32,000 nucleotides of DNA from a cyanobacterium endosymbiont of Braarudosphaera bigelowii (GTDB lineage: Bacteria; Cyanobacteriota; Cyanobacteriia; Cyanobacteriales; Microcystaceae): NCBI RefSeq assembly GCF_020885515.1, contig NZ_AP024987.1, positions 650,248-682,247 on the forward strand, written 5' to 3'. Every line of letters begins with the position of its first letter. Positions within the stretch are counted from its first letter, which is position 1. Both the position numbers and the translations under genes were made by a program. Under the pieces are notes generated by a model. That model was not told where the DNA came from. It was given only the letters and a program-made list of their open reading frames with translations, and did no database searches. Shown in pieces: positions 1 to 11,182 of this stretch.

Positions 1-84
1 TAATTGCTTGGCGCAGGTTTGGGCCCAAGTTCTGCTATGAGTATCTCCTGCTTTATGAGCAATAATAACTTGTTTAAGTTCCAC
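1..84 (-). CDS. nadK: NAD(+) kinase, N-terminal fragment (gene continues beyond window start)
   Basis: Not in ORF track. Minus-strand translation from GTG at 84 is open to the edge: VELKQVIIAHKAGDTHSRTWAQTCAKQL, which resembles the N-terminus of cyanobacterial NAD kinase. Confidence 0.75.
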   Translation of the reverse strand, partial: MELKQVIIAHKAGDTHSRTWAQTCAKQL

Positions 85-668
85 TTCTATACACTTAGTA
101 ATAATCTTACTTAAATAATTAAGCTTAACTTCAATATTAAAGTAGAGTTGCAAGAAAATTCATAATATCCTACTTAAGATTTAAAAGAAAGATTTTTCAA
201 AAAAAACTGAAAAATTAAAAGCTTACAACATACATATATTTGCATTTAATAAAGAATGACTTAATACCTCAAAAACTAACATTTTAAAAAATATCTTATG
301 TATGAAGTATATCTTTTACTATCTTGAATAATAATTAATTAATGTACATAATGATTATTATCTATAAAAGTCACGTATATCTTTAAACAAAGTATATATA
401 AGAAGAAGGCATAAGATCTAAAAAAGTATTTTTGTTATTAAACAAGAATATTTCTCTTGACGTTTCATTTTAATAAGTTTGCTATTTATATTCAAGTCTA
501 AAATAGCTATATAGTTTTACTAATATTTTTTAGGAATAAAGAACTTTTTCATATAGTTTTAATATAGTAAAACTATCCGAAACAAAGTATTACTTTAAAA
601 CAAGTACTTAGTTGAGGATAGCTTAATCTTATTTTAATCCTGATACAAGATTATTTAACTAAAACTGA

Positions 669-720
669 ATAGTCGACAAGGTATTGATTTTTCTAAATCA
701 ATACCTTGTCACTAGACTAT
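669..720. terminator. Strong hairpin directly after the psaD stop codon
   Basis: Perfect 16-bp inverted repeat 675-690 / 695-710 (gacaaggtattgattt / aaatcaataccttgtc) with a 4-nt loop. A further 6 bp (669-674 atagtc / 715-720 gactat) pair across a small bulge. Confidence 0.7.
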
Positions 721-1149
721 CTAAACTTCATAAGGGACTTTGCCTGAAAATTTTAAAGTGACAGGTTCAGGATTAGTTCCAATTTTTCTATCTATTTTAC
801 CAGCGTAACTACGTCCTTCTTTTGCTACTTCAGAAGCAACTCCATCAATAGGGTAAAGAAGCTGAGCATCACCATTAGGATAGACTCGATAAACTTTATA
901 ACTCTCGATTATAGGCTCAAATTTTGTTTGCAACTGTTTTCCTAGAGCCAAGCATTGTTCTTTTGTTGCAAGATGTAAAAGATTTGCTCCTACATTCATA
1001 ATTGCTGCTCCACCAGTAGGCATTTCAAAAACCTGTTCTGTTCCACTACTCCAGGTAATAGCGTATTTTTCTTCAAGGTAAGCACTAGAGAGTAAACCAC
1101 CTGTACTGCCACCGAAAATAGGAAGTTTTCCTTTAAGCTTTTCTACCAT
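721..1149 (-). CDS. psaD: Photosystem I reaction center subunit II (PsaD)
   Basis: [38 protein letters not shown] and VTLKFSGK are characteristic of PsaD. Confidence 0.97.
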   Translation of the reverse strand: MVEKLKGKLPIFGGSTGGLLSSAYLEEKYAITWSSGTEQVFEMPTGGAAIMNVGANLLHLATKEQCLALGKQLQTKFEPIIESYKVYRVYPNGDAQLLYPIDGVASEVAKEGRSYAGKIDRKIGTNPEPVTLKFSGKVPYEV

Positions 1150-1566
1150 GGTACTTTGTTCCTCTTAAAAAAGTGTTTTAGGAAATACTATCATTGAGTT
1201 ATCCCTTATTATTCAAATTAGTAAAAAACTGTAATAAATATTCGTTAATTTTTATGTAAAGTAAATTTATAGACATTAAATTTGTGACGTAATGATTATG
1301 CTATCAAGTTGAGTAGCACGCAATTTCAAGATATGAAATATTGGATTATTTCTCAATACTATAAATAAATGATTTTGATAGAATATTTTATTAAAGTAGA
1401 CTAAGGTTGATACTAATTCTAGTAACTCTCAAAAAATCAAATGTTTTTAATTTATTTTTAAATTAAAAACATAAAACAAATAAAGTAAATATTTTAGTAT
1501 TGATCATACATCTTATAGAGAATTAGAGTCTAATCTAATTTGGACTCTAATCCTTTGTTGAGATAA

Positions 1567-1869
1567 TTACTCATTTGGAGAAATATGACAGAAGCTAAGA
1601 TGTACAAGACTTCTTTTCCAAGGATGAGCTTGTATTTCTTTGATTACAGCTTTACCTTTCCAGGAAAGATCAGGAATATCGACATCAATAATCGTTTCGT
1701 CAACTTTTACACTTCTAAGCATTAATGCAGCTTCTTTCTTATCAACAACTAATTGCATTGATTCAGTACCATCATGTCCATACAAAGTTGTAGGAAGTAG
1801 TCCTTCACGACGAAGAGCATTAGGCTTAATATTTAGAGGTCTTTTTTGGCATTGAATTGATAGAGGCAT
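1567..1869 (-). CDS. rplY: 50S ribosomal protein L25 (short form)
   Basis: ECQKRP-like start, NALRREGLLPTTLYGHDG, GKAVIKEIQAHPWKRSLVHLSF; short cyanobacterial L25 family. Confidence 0.88.
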   Translation of the reverse strand: MPLSIQCQKRPLNIKPNALRREGLLPTTLYGHDGTESMQLVVDKKEAALMLRSVKVDETIIDVDIPDLSWKGKAVIKEIQAHPWKRSLVHLSFCHISPNE

Positions 1870-2414
1870 AACATTTAACTCACTATATAGTTGACTTGAT
1901 TTTTATAAACAACGACAGATTCTATCGTCAATAGTAAGAATCTTGAAGTAAATATTCTAAGATTTCTTAATTCTCTTTGTTTTCTTGTGATCTAAGCAAA
2001 ATTATGTAGATCAAACTAGCAAAATTTAGCTAGATAACATTACTAAAAAGATAATGATATACTTAACCATATAATTTATAGATTGGATATATTTTTATAT
2101 CTTCTCATTCATTAATTATACTTATATTAATAATATCTAAATAGCTTAGTTAATCAATTCTGATTAAGCAATAACTAAAATCTATCACAATATTTACAGT
2201 GACACTAATATTTATGATGATTTTATACTCTAGTTTTGTAATTTACCTAATAATTTTTTACTTTTTTCTATAGTCAATCGAGAAAAATCTCATTATATGC
2301 ATATCTGTAGTTTTAAAAGAAACTTTTGAAACTAATATTAGGTTTTCCATAATAAGTCTTTATATGTTAATCATAAAACCTAAAAGTTATATACTCTATT
2401 ATGGAATTTCTTTA

Positions 2415-3149
2415 TCAGGCTCTATTTAAGCATAAAGAATTATGGTACGGACATTTATCTTTACAGTTTTTATGATGAGTAAAGCTATAACTACTTTGAT
2501 TAATATCGTATAAGTTATAATTAAGATAACTTACCATTTTTTCTAAATCTAAGCTAGTTTGCTGGTGTTGACTTTGACTATATTGAAAACTTAAATACTG
2601 AGGCTTATATTTATTTTTTATAAACCAATATGTCATTGAAATACTTTCTGGCAAATAAGTAGATGTTTCTGCTAATAGATATAGGTAGAGTCTAGTTTGC
2701 CAATCATTTTCTAATTGTTTCTTGTTATTAGGCTTTAAGTATGTTTTCCAGTCTAAAATTTGTACTTGATTACTTTCTACGACTAATAAATCATATATAG
2801 CCGTTAATAGATAATTATTCTTTTTGAAAGTTATATAATGCTCTGCTTCTGTCCAGAATTCAGAGTTTAGAATATGTTTCTCAACAATAGACTTAAATAA
2901 AATTTTTATCATTTCATTTAAATTTGAGTATTGAGCTAATGCAGAATCAATTGATAATCCCATAAAATGTTGCTGCATTAATTGATGAAATTGATTTCCC
3001 CAATGTAAACTTTTTTGTGATTCTAGGCTTACGGGAGAATTTAAATGATCTATATAAATTTTTTTAAACTGAGGAGGACAAGTTTCTAGTAAATTTAATT
3101 GAGATTGGGATAAACGTATTAATGAATAATCACATTTAGGATAGTACAT
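2415..3149 (-). CDS. PD-(D/E)XK (RecB/Cas4-like) nuclease family protein with putative Fe-S cysteines
   Basis: RLSQSQLNLLETCPPQFKK N-terminus, WGNQFHQLMQQHF, QILDWKTYLKP catalytic core, and C-terminal NCKDKCPYHNSLC. Confidence 0.75.
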   Translation of the reverse strand: MYYPKCDYSLIRLSQSQLNLLETCPPQFKKIYIDHLNSPVSLESQKSLHWGNQFHQLMQQHFMGLSIDSALAQYSNLNEMIKILFKSIVEKHILNSEFWTEAEHYITFKKNNYLLTAIYDLLVVESNQVQILDWKTYLKPNNKKQLENDWQTRLYLYLLAETSTYLPESISMTYWFIKNKYKPQYLSFQYSQSQHQQTSLDLEKMVSYLNYNLYDINQSSYSFTHHKNCKDKCPYHNSLCLNRA

Positions 3150-3390
3150 TTTCTAAATATAGACTTGTTATGAATTGTGTATGAGCTTTAAAAACTACTT
3201 TTTTGTGACACATATATGACTAATAATCATTAAAATATTAATTTTTACGATATCTGTGTAAAGTACTAATAAGAAAGAAGGAACTCCATTTTAATATAAT
3301 CTGTCTCTCTTCTAAAGATTAAAGAATTTGATAGTGCAACATCATAGCTCTATCTTGCCAGTCTTTAGACATAAATTTATAGCTTACACC

Positions 3391-4587
3391 ATGAATATAT
3401 CTACCTTACCACTGCGATTGACTGCTATCGTAACTATTGCCTTTAGTAACTGTATTTTTTCAAGTTTTCTTGCTGAAGCCTATACATTCAGCGAAACTAC
3501 TCTTGACCAAGACAAAATTATTGCTGTTGCCAGACCTTATGGTGGAGGAAAGTATGATTTGTTAGTGATTGAACAAATACCGGGGAAAAGAAGTTGTTGG
3601 AAAGAAAAAGAGGGGAACCCAGTCGTGGTTGATCCTTTATTAATTAATTTTGATTTTACTGGCATTTGTCGTCGCTCTACAGATAGCAATGGTTATTCGA
3701 TACGTCTTGATGGTAATGACTTAGGATTAGATTATTTATTGCGTATTGTTAATCGTGGCGGGGAATTACAGCTAGTGGGAAGCCCTAGAAATAGTAATTA
3801 TAGTGAGATAGTTTTAGGTAGCACTCAAGGATTAACTTCTGGGTTTATGAAAATCAATTTATATTCAGGTTGGCAATTTACCAAGCGAACTTATAAAGAT
3901 AAGGTACTAGGACATTTTTATCTTAGTGGTTCTCAAACGGCAATTGCACAAAGACAAAGTACTTCTGTATCATCTGATTTTTCGACTGCATCCATAGTTA
4001 ACACTAATTCTCAACATAATTTAACAGATATTAGCGGTAATAAATATGAAAATGAGATTTCTAAGGCAGTTAACATAGGTTTAATGTCGGGATTTAAAGA
4101 TGATACTTTTCGCCCAGATCAACCTATTAATCGAGGACAATTGCTTTCCATGGCAGTCAATGTTGTCAATACTATATCCTCTGAAAATTTTAAAAGTTCT
4201 CATCAAGATATAAATAAGATAAAGCAAGCCTATTCAAATTTTTTTAATATAGGAAATACTAACAATGCGTTGCAAGAAAGTAAATCTATTAATCGTGCAG
4301 AATTAATTGATGTTATGCAACGTATAGTTATGCATCTAAAGAAAGAATTAAATATTTCGGGAAATATTCAAAGTATTAATCAGCCTATTCCCTTTTCTGA
4401 TGTTTCTTATAATTCAACTGAATCTACCATTAAACAAATACCAGGGTACTGCAATACGACTAATACTTTAAGCAAAAAAGAAGTTGCCTCCAATTTAGAA
4501 AGTAAAGCAACTCGCGACTATACAGCATCTATTTTAGTTAAAGTTTTAAATTGTCTAAAGTCTGAAATAGAACAAGCAAAAAAATAA
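3391..4587 (+). CDS. Secreted protein with DUF3747-like N-terminal region and S-layer homology (SLH) repeats
   Basis: Likely start is the ATG at 3391 (MNISTLP..., signal-peptide-like), not the track start at 3328. SLH-like segments GLMSGFKDDTFRPDQPINRGQLLSMAVNV and INRAELIDVMQRIV. Confidence 0.7.
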   Translation: MNISTLPLRLTAIVTIAFSNCIFSSFLAEAYTFSETTLDQDKIIAVARPYGGGKYDLLVIEQIPGKRSCWKEKEGNPVVVDPLLINFDFTGICRRSTDSNGYSIRLDGNDLGLDYLLRIVNRGGELQLVGSPRNSNYSEIVLGSTQGLTSGFMKINLYSGWQFTKRTYKDKVLGHFYLSGSQTAIAQRQSTSVSSDFSTASIVNTNSQHNLTDISGNKYENEISKAVNIGLMSGFKDDTFRPDQPINRGQLLSMAVNVVNTISSENFKSSHQDINKIKQAYSNFFNIGNTNNALQESKSINRAELIDVMQRIVMHLKKELNISGNIQSINQPIPFSDVSYNSTESTIKQIPGYCNTTNTLSKKEVASNLESKATRDYTASILVKVLNCLKSEIEQAKK

Positions 4588-4752
4588 TGCAACCTTGATT
4601 TTGTTGGAATTATACGATTATAAGGAACTTAAAACTAAAAAATAAAATTATTAAATATCTAGCCTTCAAAATAATTGCAAGAATCTTATAACTTTTCTAA
4701 TTTACGATGATAAGCTATCGTTTTATGGAAATTAGAATTAATTTTAAAAAAT

Positions 4753-4800
4753 CCTCAAAGCCTCGATATTAGAGGGCTTCTGAGGTTTTTTATTTTTTTA
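4753..4800 (+). terminator. Rho-independent terminator-like hairpin with T-rich tail
   Basis: cctcaaagcctc / gagggcttctgagg imperfect stem followed by ttttttattttttta. Confidence 0.65.
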
Positions 4801-4867
4801 GTCAGTTTTTATAATATGATAGTTTTAAAAATATCACATTAAATGTTACTTTTTCCTATTAAGATGA

Positions 4868-4873
4868 TATAAT
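4868..4873 (+). promoter_or_regulatory. Candidate -10 box of an unannotated small transcript
   Basis: Perfect TATAAT at 4868-4873. The -35 region is weak. Confidence 0.45.
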
Positions 4874-4879
4874 GTCTAG

Positions 4880-4958
4880 GTGTGTAAGGAGTAAGAGTGA
4901 CTTGAAAAGGTCCCCGAAGTCGAAACATGGCAAGACGTTCTGGACCTTTTCTTTTTTT
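4880..4958 (+). ncRNA. Candidate small RNA ending in an intrinsic terminator
   Basis: Relatively GC-rich island after TATAAT. Perfect 10-bp inverted repeat 4904-4913 (gaaaaggtcc) / 4942-4951 (ggaccttttc), then a 7-T run at 4952-4958. Confidence 0.5.
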
Positions 4959-5016
4959 ATATCTTTAACAAAAGCATTTTATAATAAAACTTTTCATATA
5001 TATTTATACAAGTGTG

Positions 5017-5061
5017 ACCCTTTAAGAATGGAGCTCTTCTTAATTCCTATTCTCAAAGGGT
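5017..5061. terminator. Imperfect hairpin downstream of atpE, possible terminator
   Basis: accctttaagaatgg / cctattctcaaagggt arms with one mismatch and one G-T pair. No strong T-run. Confidence 0.35.
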
Positions 5062-5094
5062 TATATATGCATACACAAAGACAGAAAGTCTGAG

Positions 5095-5505
5095 CTAAGA
5101 TATTCCTCCAGAAGCATTAAAACGTGCTTTTGCACGTTTTAATGCATTGGAAGCTTTGATCTTTTCCAAATGTTCGTTTCCTTTGTTTACTTCCTCTAAT
5201 TTAGCTTGAGCAGTATTATACTCTCGTTTTGCTTCTTCTTTATCAATGGTCTCTCCTACTTCAGCAAAGTTTACTAAGACTTTTACTTCATCTTGTTCTA
5301 CCTCTGCAAAGCCTCCCATTATTGCTACGTTTTGCCATTCTTTATCAGTCCTAATACGCATTACTCCAGTATCAAGAGCAGTTAAGAGAGGCGCATGTCC
5401 ACTTAAAATGCCTAGCTGTCCTGAAGTACTTGGTAGAACAACTTCTTGAACAGTGTTGTCCCAAACGGTCTTATCTGGGGTGATTACACGAACTGTTAGT
5501 ACCAT
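5095..5505 (-). CDS. atpE: ATP synthase F1 epsilon subunit
   Basis: [48 protein letters not shown]; directly downstream of the beta subunit gene. Confidence 0.96.
   Translation of the reverse strand: MVLTVRVITPDKTVWDNTVQEVVLPSTSGQLGILSGHAPLLTALDTGVMRIRTDKEWQNVAIMGGFAEVEQDEVKVLVNFAEVGETIDKEEAKREYNTAQAKLEEVNKGNEHLEKIKASNALKRAKARFNASGGIS
5114..5145. repeat. Perfect 14-bp inverted repeat within the 3' end of the atpE coding region
   Basis: gcattaaaacgtgc (5114-5127), tttt loop, gcacgttttaatgc (5132-5145). Confidence 0.9.
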
Positions 5506-5597
5506 GTTAATTATTAATTATCAGTTATTAGAAGGGCGAATAAATATTCACCCTGATACAAATTTAGGAAACAGAAGATTAGAAAATAGTTGACTAA

Positions 5598-7052
<1,455 letters not shown>

Positions 7053-7340
7053 TCATCCTCTTTTGGAATTAGCTTACAAATGACTAAATGAAAATATTTA
7101 ATGTTATTTTCGTCACTCCTATAGGCTACCATCTTTATAGCACTCAAGGAAATGTCTTAGTTCTTGTTGAAAGACTATCTTAATATTAAAATGTTGGAAA
7201 TGATACTAATATATTAGAGTAGCAACCTATAAAGTATTAGGTATAGATTATAAATATAAAAATATAATGTACAACTTATTTATTTTACAAAAGCTTTTTA
7301 TAATCACATGTTTGTTGGCAAAGTATAAACTCTACCTAAA

Positions 7341-7841
7341 ATGAAAAACAATTTTGAAAATAACTATGAAATTCACCGTCAATGGATGAGAAGAGCATTA
7401 ACCTTAGCTGAAAAAGCAGGAAATATAGAAGATGTTCCTGTAGGAGCCATAATTACCGACAATCATGGGAACTTAATTGCCGAAGGATATAACCGTAAAA
7501 AACAAAATAATGATCCCATAGGACATGCAGAAATTCTTGCTATTCGCCAGGCCAGTCAAAAATTACAGTCTTGTTATTTAGATAAATGTATACTTTACGT
7601 CACACTAGAGCCTTGTATGATGTGTACTGGAGCTATCATACATTCTCGAATAGGTTTACTAGTTTATGGAATTGATGATCCTAAGGCAGGAACTGTCCGT
7701 ACAATTCTGAATTTACCTGATAGCGATGCTTCAAACCATCGTTTACCTGTACTTTCCGGTATTTTAAAGGAGGAATGTCAAAAGCAATTACAGAACTGGT
7801 TTAAAACAGTAAGAGATAAGAAAACAATCAATGGAAAATAA
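7341..7841 (+). CDS. tadA: tRNA adenosine(34) deaminase
   Basis: HAE and PCMMCTGAI zinc-binding deaminase motifs, NRKKQNNDPIGHAEILAI. Confidence 0.93.
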   Translation: MKNNFENNYEIHRQWMRRALTLAEKAGNIEDVPVGAIITDNHGNLIAEGYNRKKQNNDPIGHAEILAIRQASQKLQSCYLDKCILYVTLEPCMMCTGAIIHSRIGLLVYGIDDPKAGTVRTILNLPDSDASNHRLPVLSGILKEECQKQLQNWFKTVRDKKTINGK

Positions 7842-7943
7842 TGCTAAATTGCTGCAATCTTTAATAATATAAAAGGCTAAGAACAAGCTATGTGAAAAGA
7901 CTATGATTATAATAGCCGATATATAAATCCTAACTATTCTATT

Positions 7944-10832
7944 ATGACAAATCAACAAGATTTGCCTCTTTTAATTTTAATTGATGGTCATTCTTTAGCA
8001 TTTAGAGCTTATTATGCTTTTTCTAATTCTAGAAAAGGTCTACTCAAAACTTCTACAGGAATTCCAACTAGTATTTGTTTTGGATTTTTAAACTCATTAA
8101 TGCAAGTTATCAAATTAGAGAAACCTAAATATATAGGTATTGCATTTGATAGTAAAGAAAAAACATTTCGCCATAAATTCGATACTGAATATAAGGCAAA
8201 TCGTCCAGAAACTCCAGAAGATTTTATTATTGATATTAAAAATTTACAAAAAATATTAGAAATACTAGATATAGTTACGATTACCATGCCCGGATATGAA
8301 GCAGATGATATATTAGGTACACTAGCTGTAGAAGCAAGTAATAGAGGCTATCGTGTTAAAGTCCTCAGTGGTGATAAGGATCTTTTTCAACTAATTGATG
8401 ATACAAAAAATATAAGTATTCTTTACTTAGAAGGAAATAGGATTAAATCTTCCTCGGAAAGAAAATATACAGAAATGACCTCCACAACAGTTATAGAAAG
8501 ACTAGGGATAACATCGGATCAGGTTATTGACTATAAAGCATTATGTGGCGATAAATCAGATAATATTCCTGGAGTCAAAGGCATTGGTGAAAAAACAGCA
8601 GTTAAGCTCTTAACCCAATATAAAACATTAGAAGGCATCTATCACAATATTGAATATATTAAAGGCGCAAACCAAAAGAAACTCAAAGAAGGTAAGAAAG
8701 AAGCAGATCGCTCTCGTTATTTAGCCAAAATTATTATTAATTGCCCATTAGTTTTCGACATAGATGAATTTGAATTAAAAGGTTTTGATCAAAGTGCAGC
8801 ACAAAATCTTTTTGAAAAATTAGAACTGAAAACATTTAATGAAAATATTAATCAATTACAGGAAAAATTAGGTGGAAAATTTTCTCAGAAACTATTAAAA
8901 AAAACAGACCAGTTAATCAATAAAGATCAAGTACTAAATCATAGTAATAACCCTAAAAAAAATAGTAAAGAGATATGTATTAGGCCGCAAATTATCAGCA
9001 ATACACTTCAGTTGGATAAATTAGTTAATATACTTTTGAGTTATCAAAATAACAATTGTCCAATTGCTTGGGATATAGAAACAACAGACTTAAATCCCCA
9101 AAAGGCTGAATTAATAGGAATTGGATGCTGTTGGGGAGAAGAAGTAAACGATATTGCCTATATTCCTATAGGACATAAAGAAGGTAAACAATTAAGTAAA
9201 AAAGAAATTTTAGAAAAATTGCGGCCAATTCTTGAAAGCAACATTTATCCTAAAGTTTTTCAAAATACAAAGTTTGATCGTCTTGTTTTAGAGAATCAAG
9301 GTATTAATCTAGATGGAGTTGTTTTCGATACTATGCTAGCTAGCTATGTTATTAATCCTGATAATAGTCATAAATTAAGTAGTTTATGTAAACAATATTT
9401 AAATAATATTGTTTCTAAAGACTATTCAGAATTGGGAATTAATAAAAAACAAACTATTGCTGATTTAGATATTCTACAGGTTGCTGATTATTGTGGAATG
9501 GATGCTTACAGCACTTTTTTGCTAGTAAAACCATTAAAAGAAAAGCTCAAGAAATTTCCATCTTTAGAGCAGTTATTTTCAAAAGTAGAACAATCTTTGG
9601 AAATAGTTTTATCAAAAATGGAAAGCCAAGGTATTCTTATTGATATAGATTATTTAAAAAATTTATCTAAAGAAATTAAAAGCAATTTGTTTTCTCTTGA
9701 AGAGAAAATCTATGAAGAAGCTGAAGAAAAATTTAATTTAGGATCACCTAAGCAGTTAAGTAAAATTTTATTTGAAAAGTTACAGCTAAGTACTAAAAAA
9801 TCTAAAAAAATAATAACTGGATATTCAACTGATCATGCTACTTTAGAAAAATTAAAAGGCGATCATTCAATTATTGATCATCTTTTAGAATACAGGACTT
9901 TATCTAAATTACAATCAACTTATATTGATACTTTACCAATACTAGTCGATAGGAAAACATGTCGAATACATACTAGTTTCAATCAATCTATTACTGCAAC
10001 GGGAAGATTATCTTCCTCCAATCCAAATTTACAAAATATTCCTATTAGAACTGAATTATCCCGTAAGATTAGAAAAGCCTTTATTCCTCCTAAAGAATGG
10101 TTATTAGTTTCAGCAGACTATTCACAAATTGAATTAAGAATTTTAGCTTATTTAAGTCAAGAACCTTTACTAGTAAACGCTTATTGCAACTATCAAGATA
10201 TTCATACTGTTACAGCACAGTTATTATTCGATAAAAAAGAAATTACGACAGAGGAAAGAAATTTAGGAAAAACTATTAATTTTGGTGTTATTTATGGAAT
10301 GGGTTCACAAAGGTTTGCAAGAGAAGCAGGCGTAACAATAGCTAAAGGAAAAGATTTTATTAAAAAGTATCATGAACGATATACAAAAGTATTTGAGTTC
10401 CTTGAAAATGTAAAAATAGAAGCTATCACAAAGGGATACGTCACAACAATATTAGGAAGAAGACGTTATTTTAACTTTTATAGTGATAGTTTGCGCAATT
10501 TATATGGATGTGACTCTAGTAAAATCAATTTAGAGGAACTAAAGTATAGTTATAAAGATTCTCAACTATTGAGAGCTGCTGCTAATGCTCCAATACAAGG
10601 TTCAAGTGCCGATATTATTAAAGTTGCAATGATTAAAATAGAGAAACTGTTAAAAAATTATCAAGCTAAATTACTATTACAAGTTCATGATGAGTTAGTA
10701 TTCGAGATACCTCTCGAAGAACTAGAAGAATTAAAGAATAAGATAAAACAAATTATGGAAAAATCTGTGGATTTAACTATTCCCTTGCTGGTAGAAGTAA
10801 AATCTGGAGTTAATTGGATGGAGGCTAAATAG
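7944..10832 (+). CDS. polA: DNA polymerase I with 5'-3' exonuclease, 3'-5' exonuclease and polymerase domains
   Basis: LLILIDGHSLAFRAYYAF (5' nuclease); AWDIETTDL (proofreading); SADYSQIELRILA, RNLGKTINFGVIYGMG and QVHDELVFE (polymerase). Confidence 0.98.
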   Translation: MTNQQDLPLLILIDGHSLAFRAYYAFSNSRKGLLKTSTGIPTSICFGFLNSLMQVIKLEKPKYIGIAFDSKEKTFRHKFDTEYKANRPETPEDFIIDIKNLQKILEILDIVTITMPGYEADDILGTLAVEASNRGYRVKVLSGDKDLFQLIDDTKNISILYLEGNRIKSSSERKYTEMTSTTVIERLGITSDQVIDYKALCGDKSDNIPGVKGIGEKTAVKLLTQYKTLEGIYHNIEYIKGANQKKLKEGKKEADRSRYLAKIIINCPLVFDIDEFELKGFDQSAAQNLFEKLELKTFNENINQLQEKLGGKFSQKLLKKTDQLINKDQVLNHSNNPKKNSKEICIRPQIISNTLQLDKLVNILLSYQNNNCPIAWDIETTDLNPQKAELIGIGCCWGEEVNDIAYIPIGHKEGKQLSKKEILEKLRPILESNIYPKVFQNTKFDRLVLENQGINLDGVVFDTMLASYVINPDNSHKLSSLCKQYLNNIVSKDYSELGINKKQTIADLDILQVADYCGMDAYSTFLLVKPLKEKLKKFPSLEQLFSKVEQSLEIVLSKMESQGILIDIDYLKNLSKEIKSNLFSLEEKIYEEAEEKFNLGSPKQLSKILFEKLQLSTKKSKKIITGYSTDHATLEKLKGDHSIIDHLLEYRTLSKLQSTYIDTLPILVDRKTCRIHTSFNQSITATGRLSSSNPNLQNIPIRTELSRKIRKAFIPPKEWLLVSADYSQIELRILAYLSQEPLLVNAYCNYQDIHTVTAQLLFDKKEITTEERNLGKTINFGVIYGMGSQRFAREAGVTIAKGKDFIKKYHERYTKVFEFLENVKIEAITKGYVTTILGRRRYFNFYSDSLRNLYGCDSSKINLEELKYSYKDSQLLRAAANAPIQGSSADIIKVAMIKIEKLLKNYQAKLLLQVHDELVFEIPLEELEELKNKIKQIMEKSVDLTIPLLVEVKSGVNWMEAK

Positions 10833-11182
10833 ATTCAACTACTATACTACAAAATATAGTTTTACTTAAAATCTTCAATATACAAGATAAGGAATTTAAA
10901 ACAGAAAGAGGTTTATTAGTTTTTATTAATAGTAAATAACAATGATATTGTTTACTTAAGTTATATTAAGCTTTAAAATAAACTTGTAAAATACATTTCT
11001 AAAAATTAATAAGTGTACACCATCTAACTTTAACAAAACAGTTTAATCTTAATATATAGTTGTTTAGATTACTAATAATATAAAGTTAGATTGTTAAACA
11101 GTTAATTTAAAAAAATTTCTATGTATTTTAAATTTCTTTAACTTTTCACAATAAAAGAGTTAATCATAGGTAACTATCATAT

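Noticed and set aside
1640-1855. Plus-strand ORF
   Set aside because: Antisense shadow of the rpl25 gene.
4882-4892. Minus-strand ACTCCTTACAC, one mismatch from the Yfr1 motif ACTCCTCACAC
   Set aside because: The motif is normally exact and flanked by stems with a 3' terminator hairpin. Here the minus strand lacks a following hairpin, while promoter and terminator signals favour the plus strand.
4872-5093. 73-aa plus-strand ORF in the track
   Set aside because: Its ATG overlaps the TATAAT box and the frame runs through the sRNA terminator and an AT-rich gap. Low-complexity peptide with no recognisable family; a non-coding RNA fits better.
5246-5449. Plus-strand ORF
   Set aside because: Antisense shadow of atpE.
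8012-8287. Minus-strand ORF
   Set aside because: Antisense shadow of the polA 5' nuclease domain.
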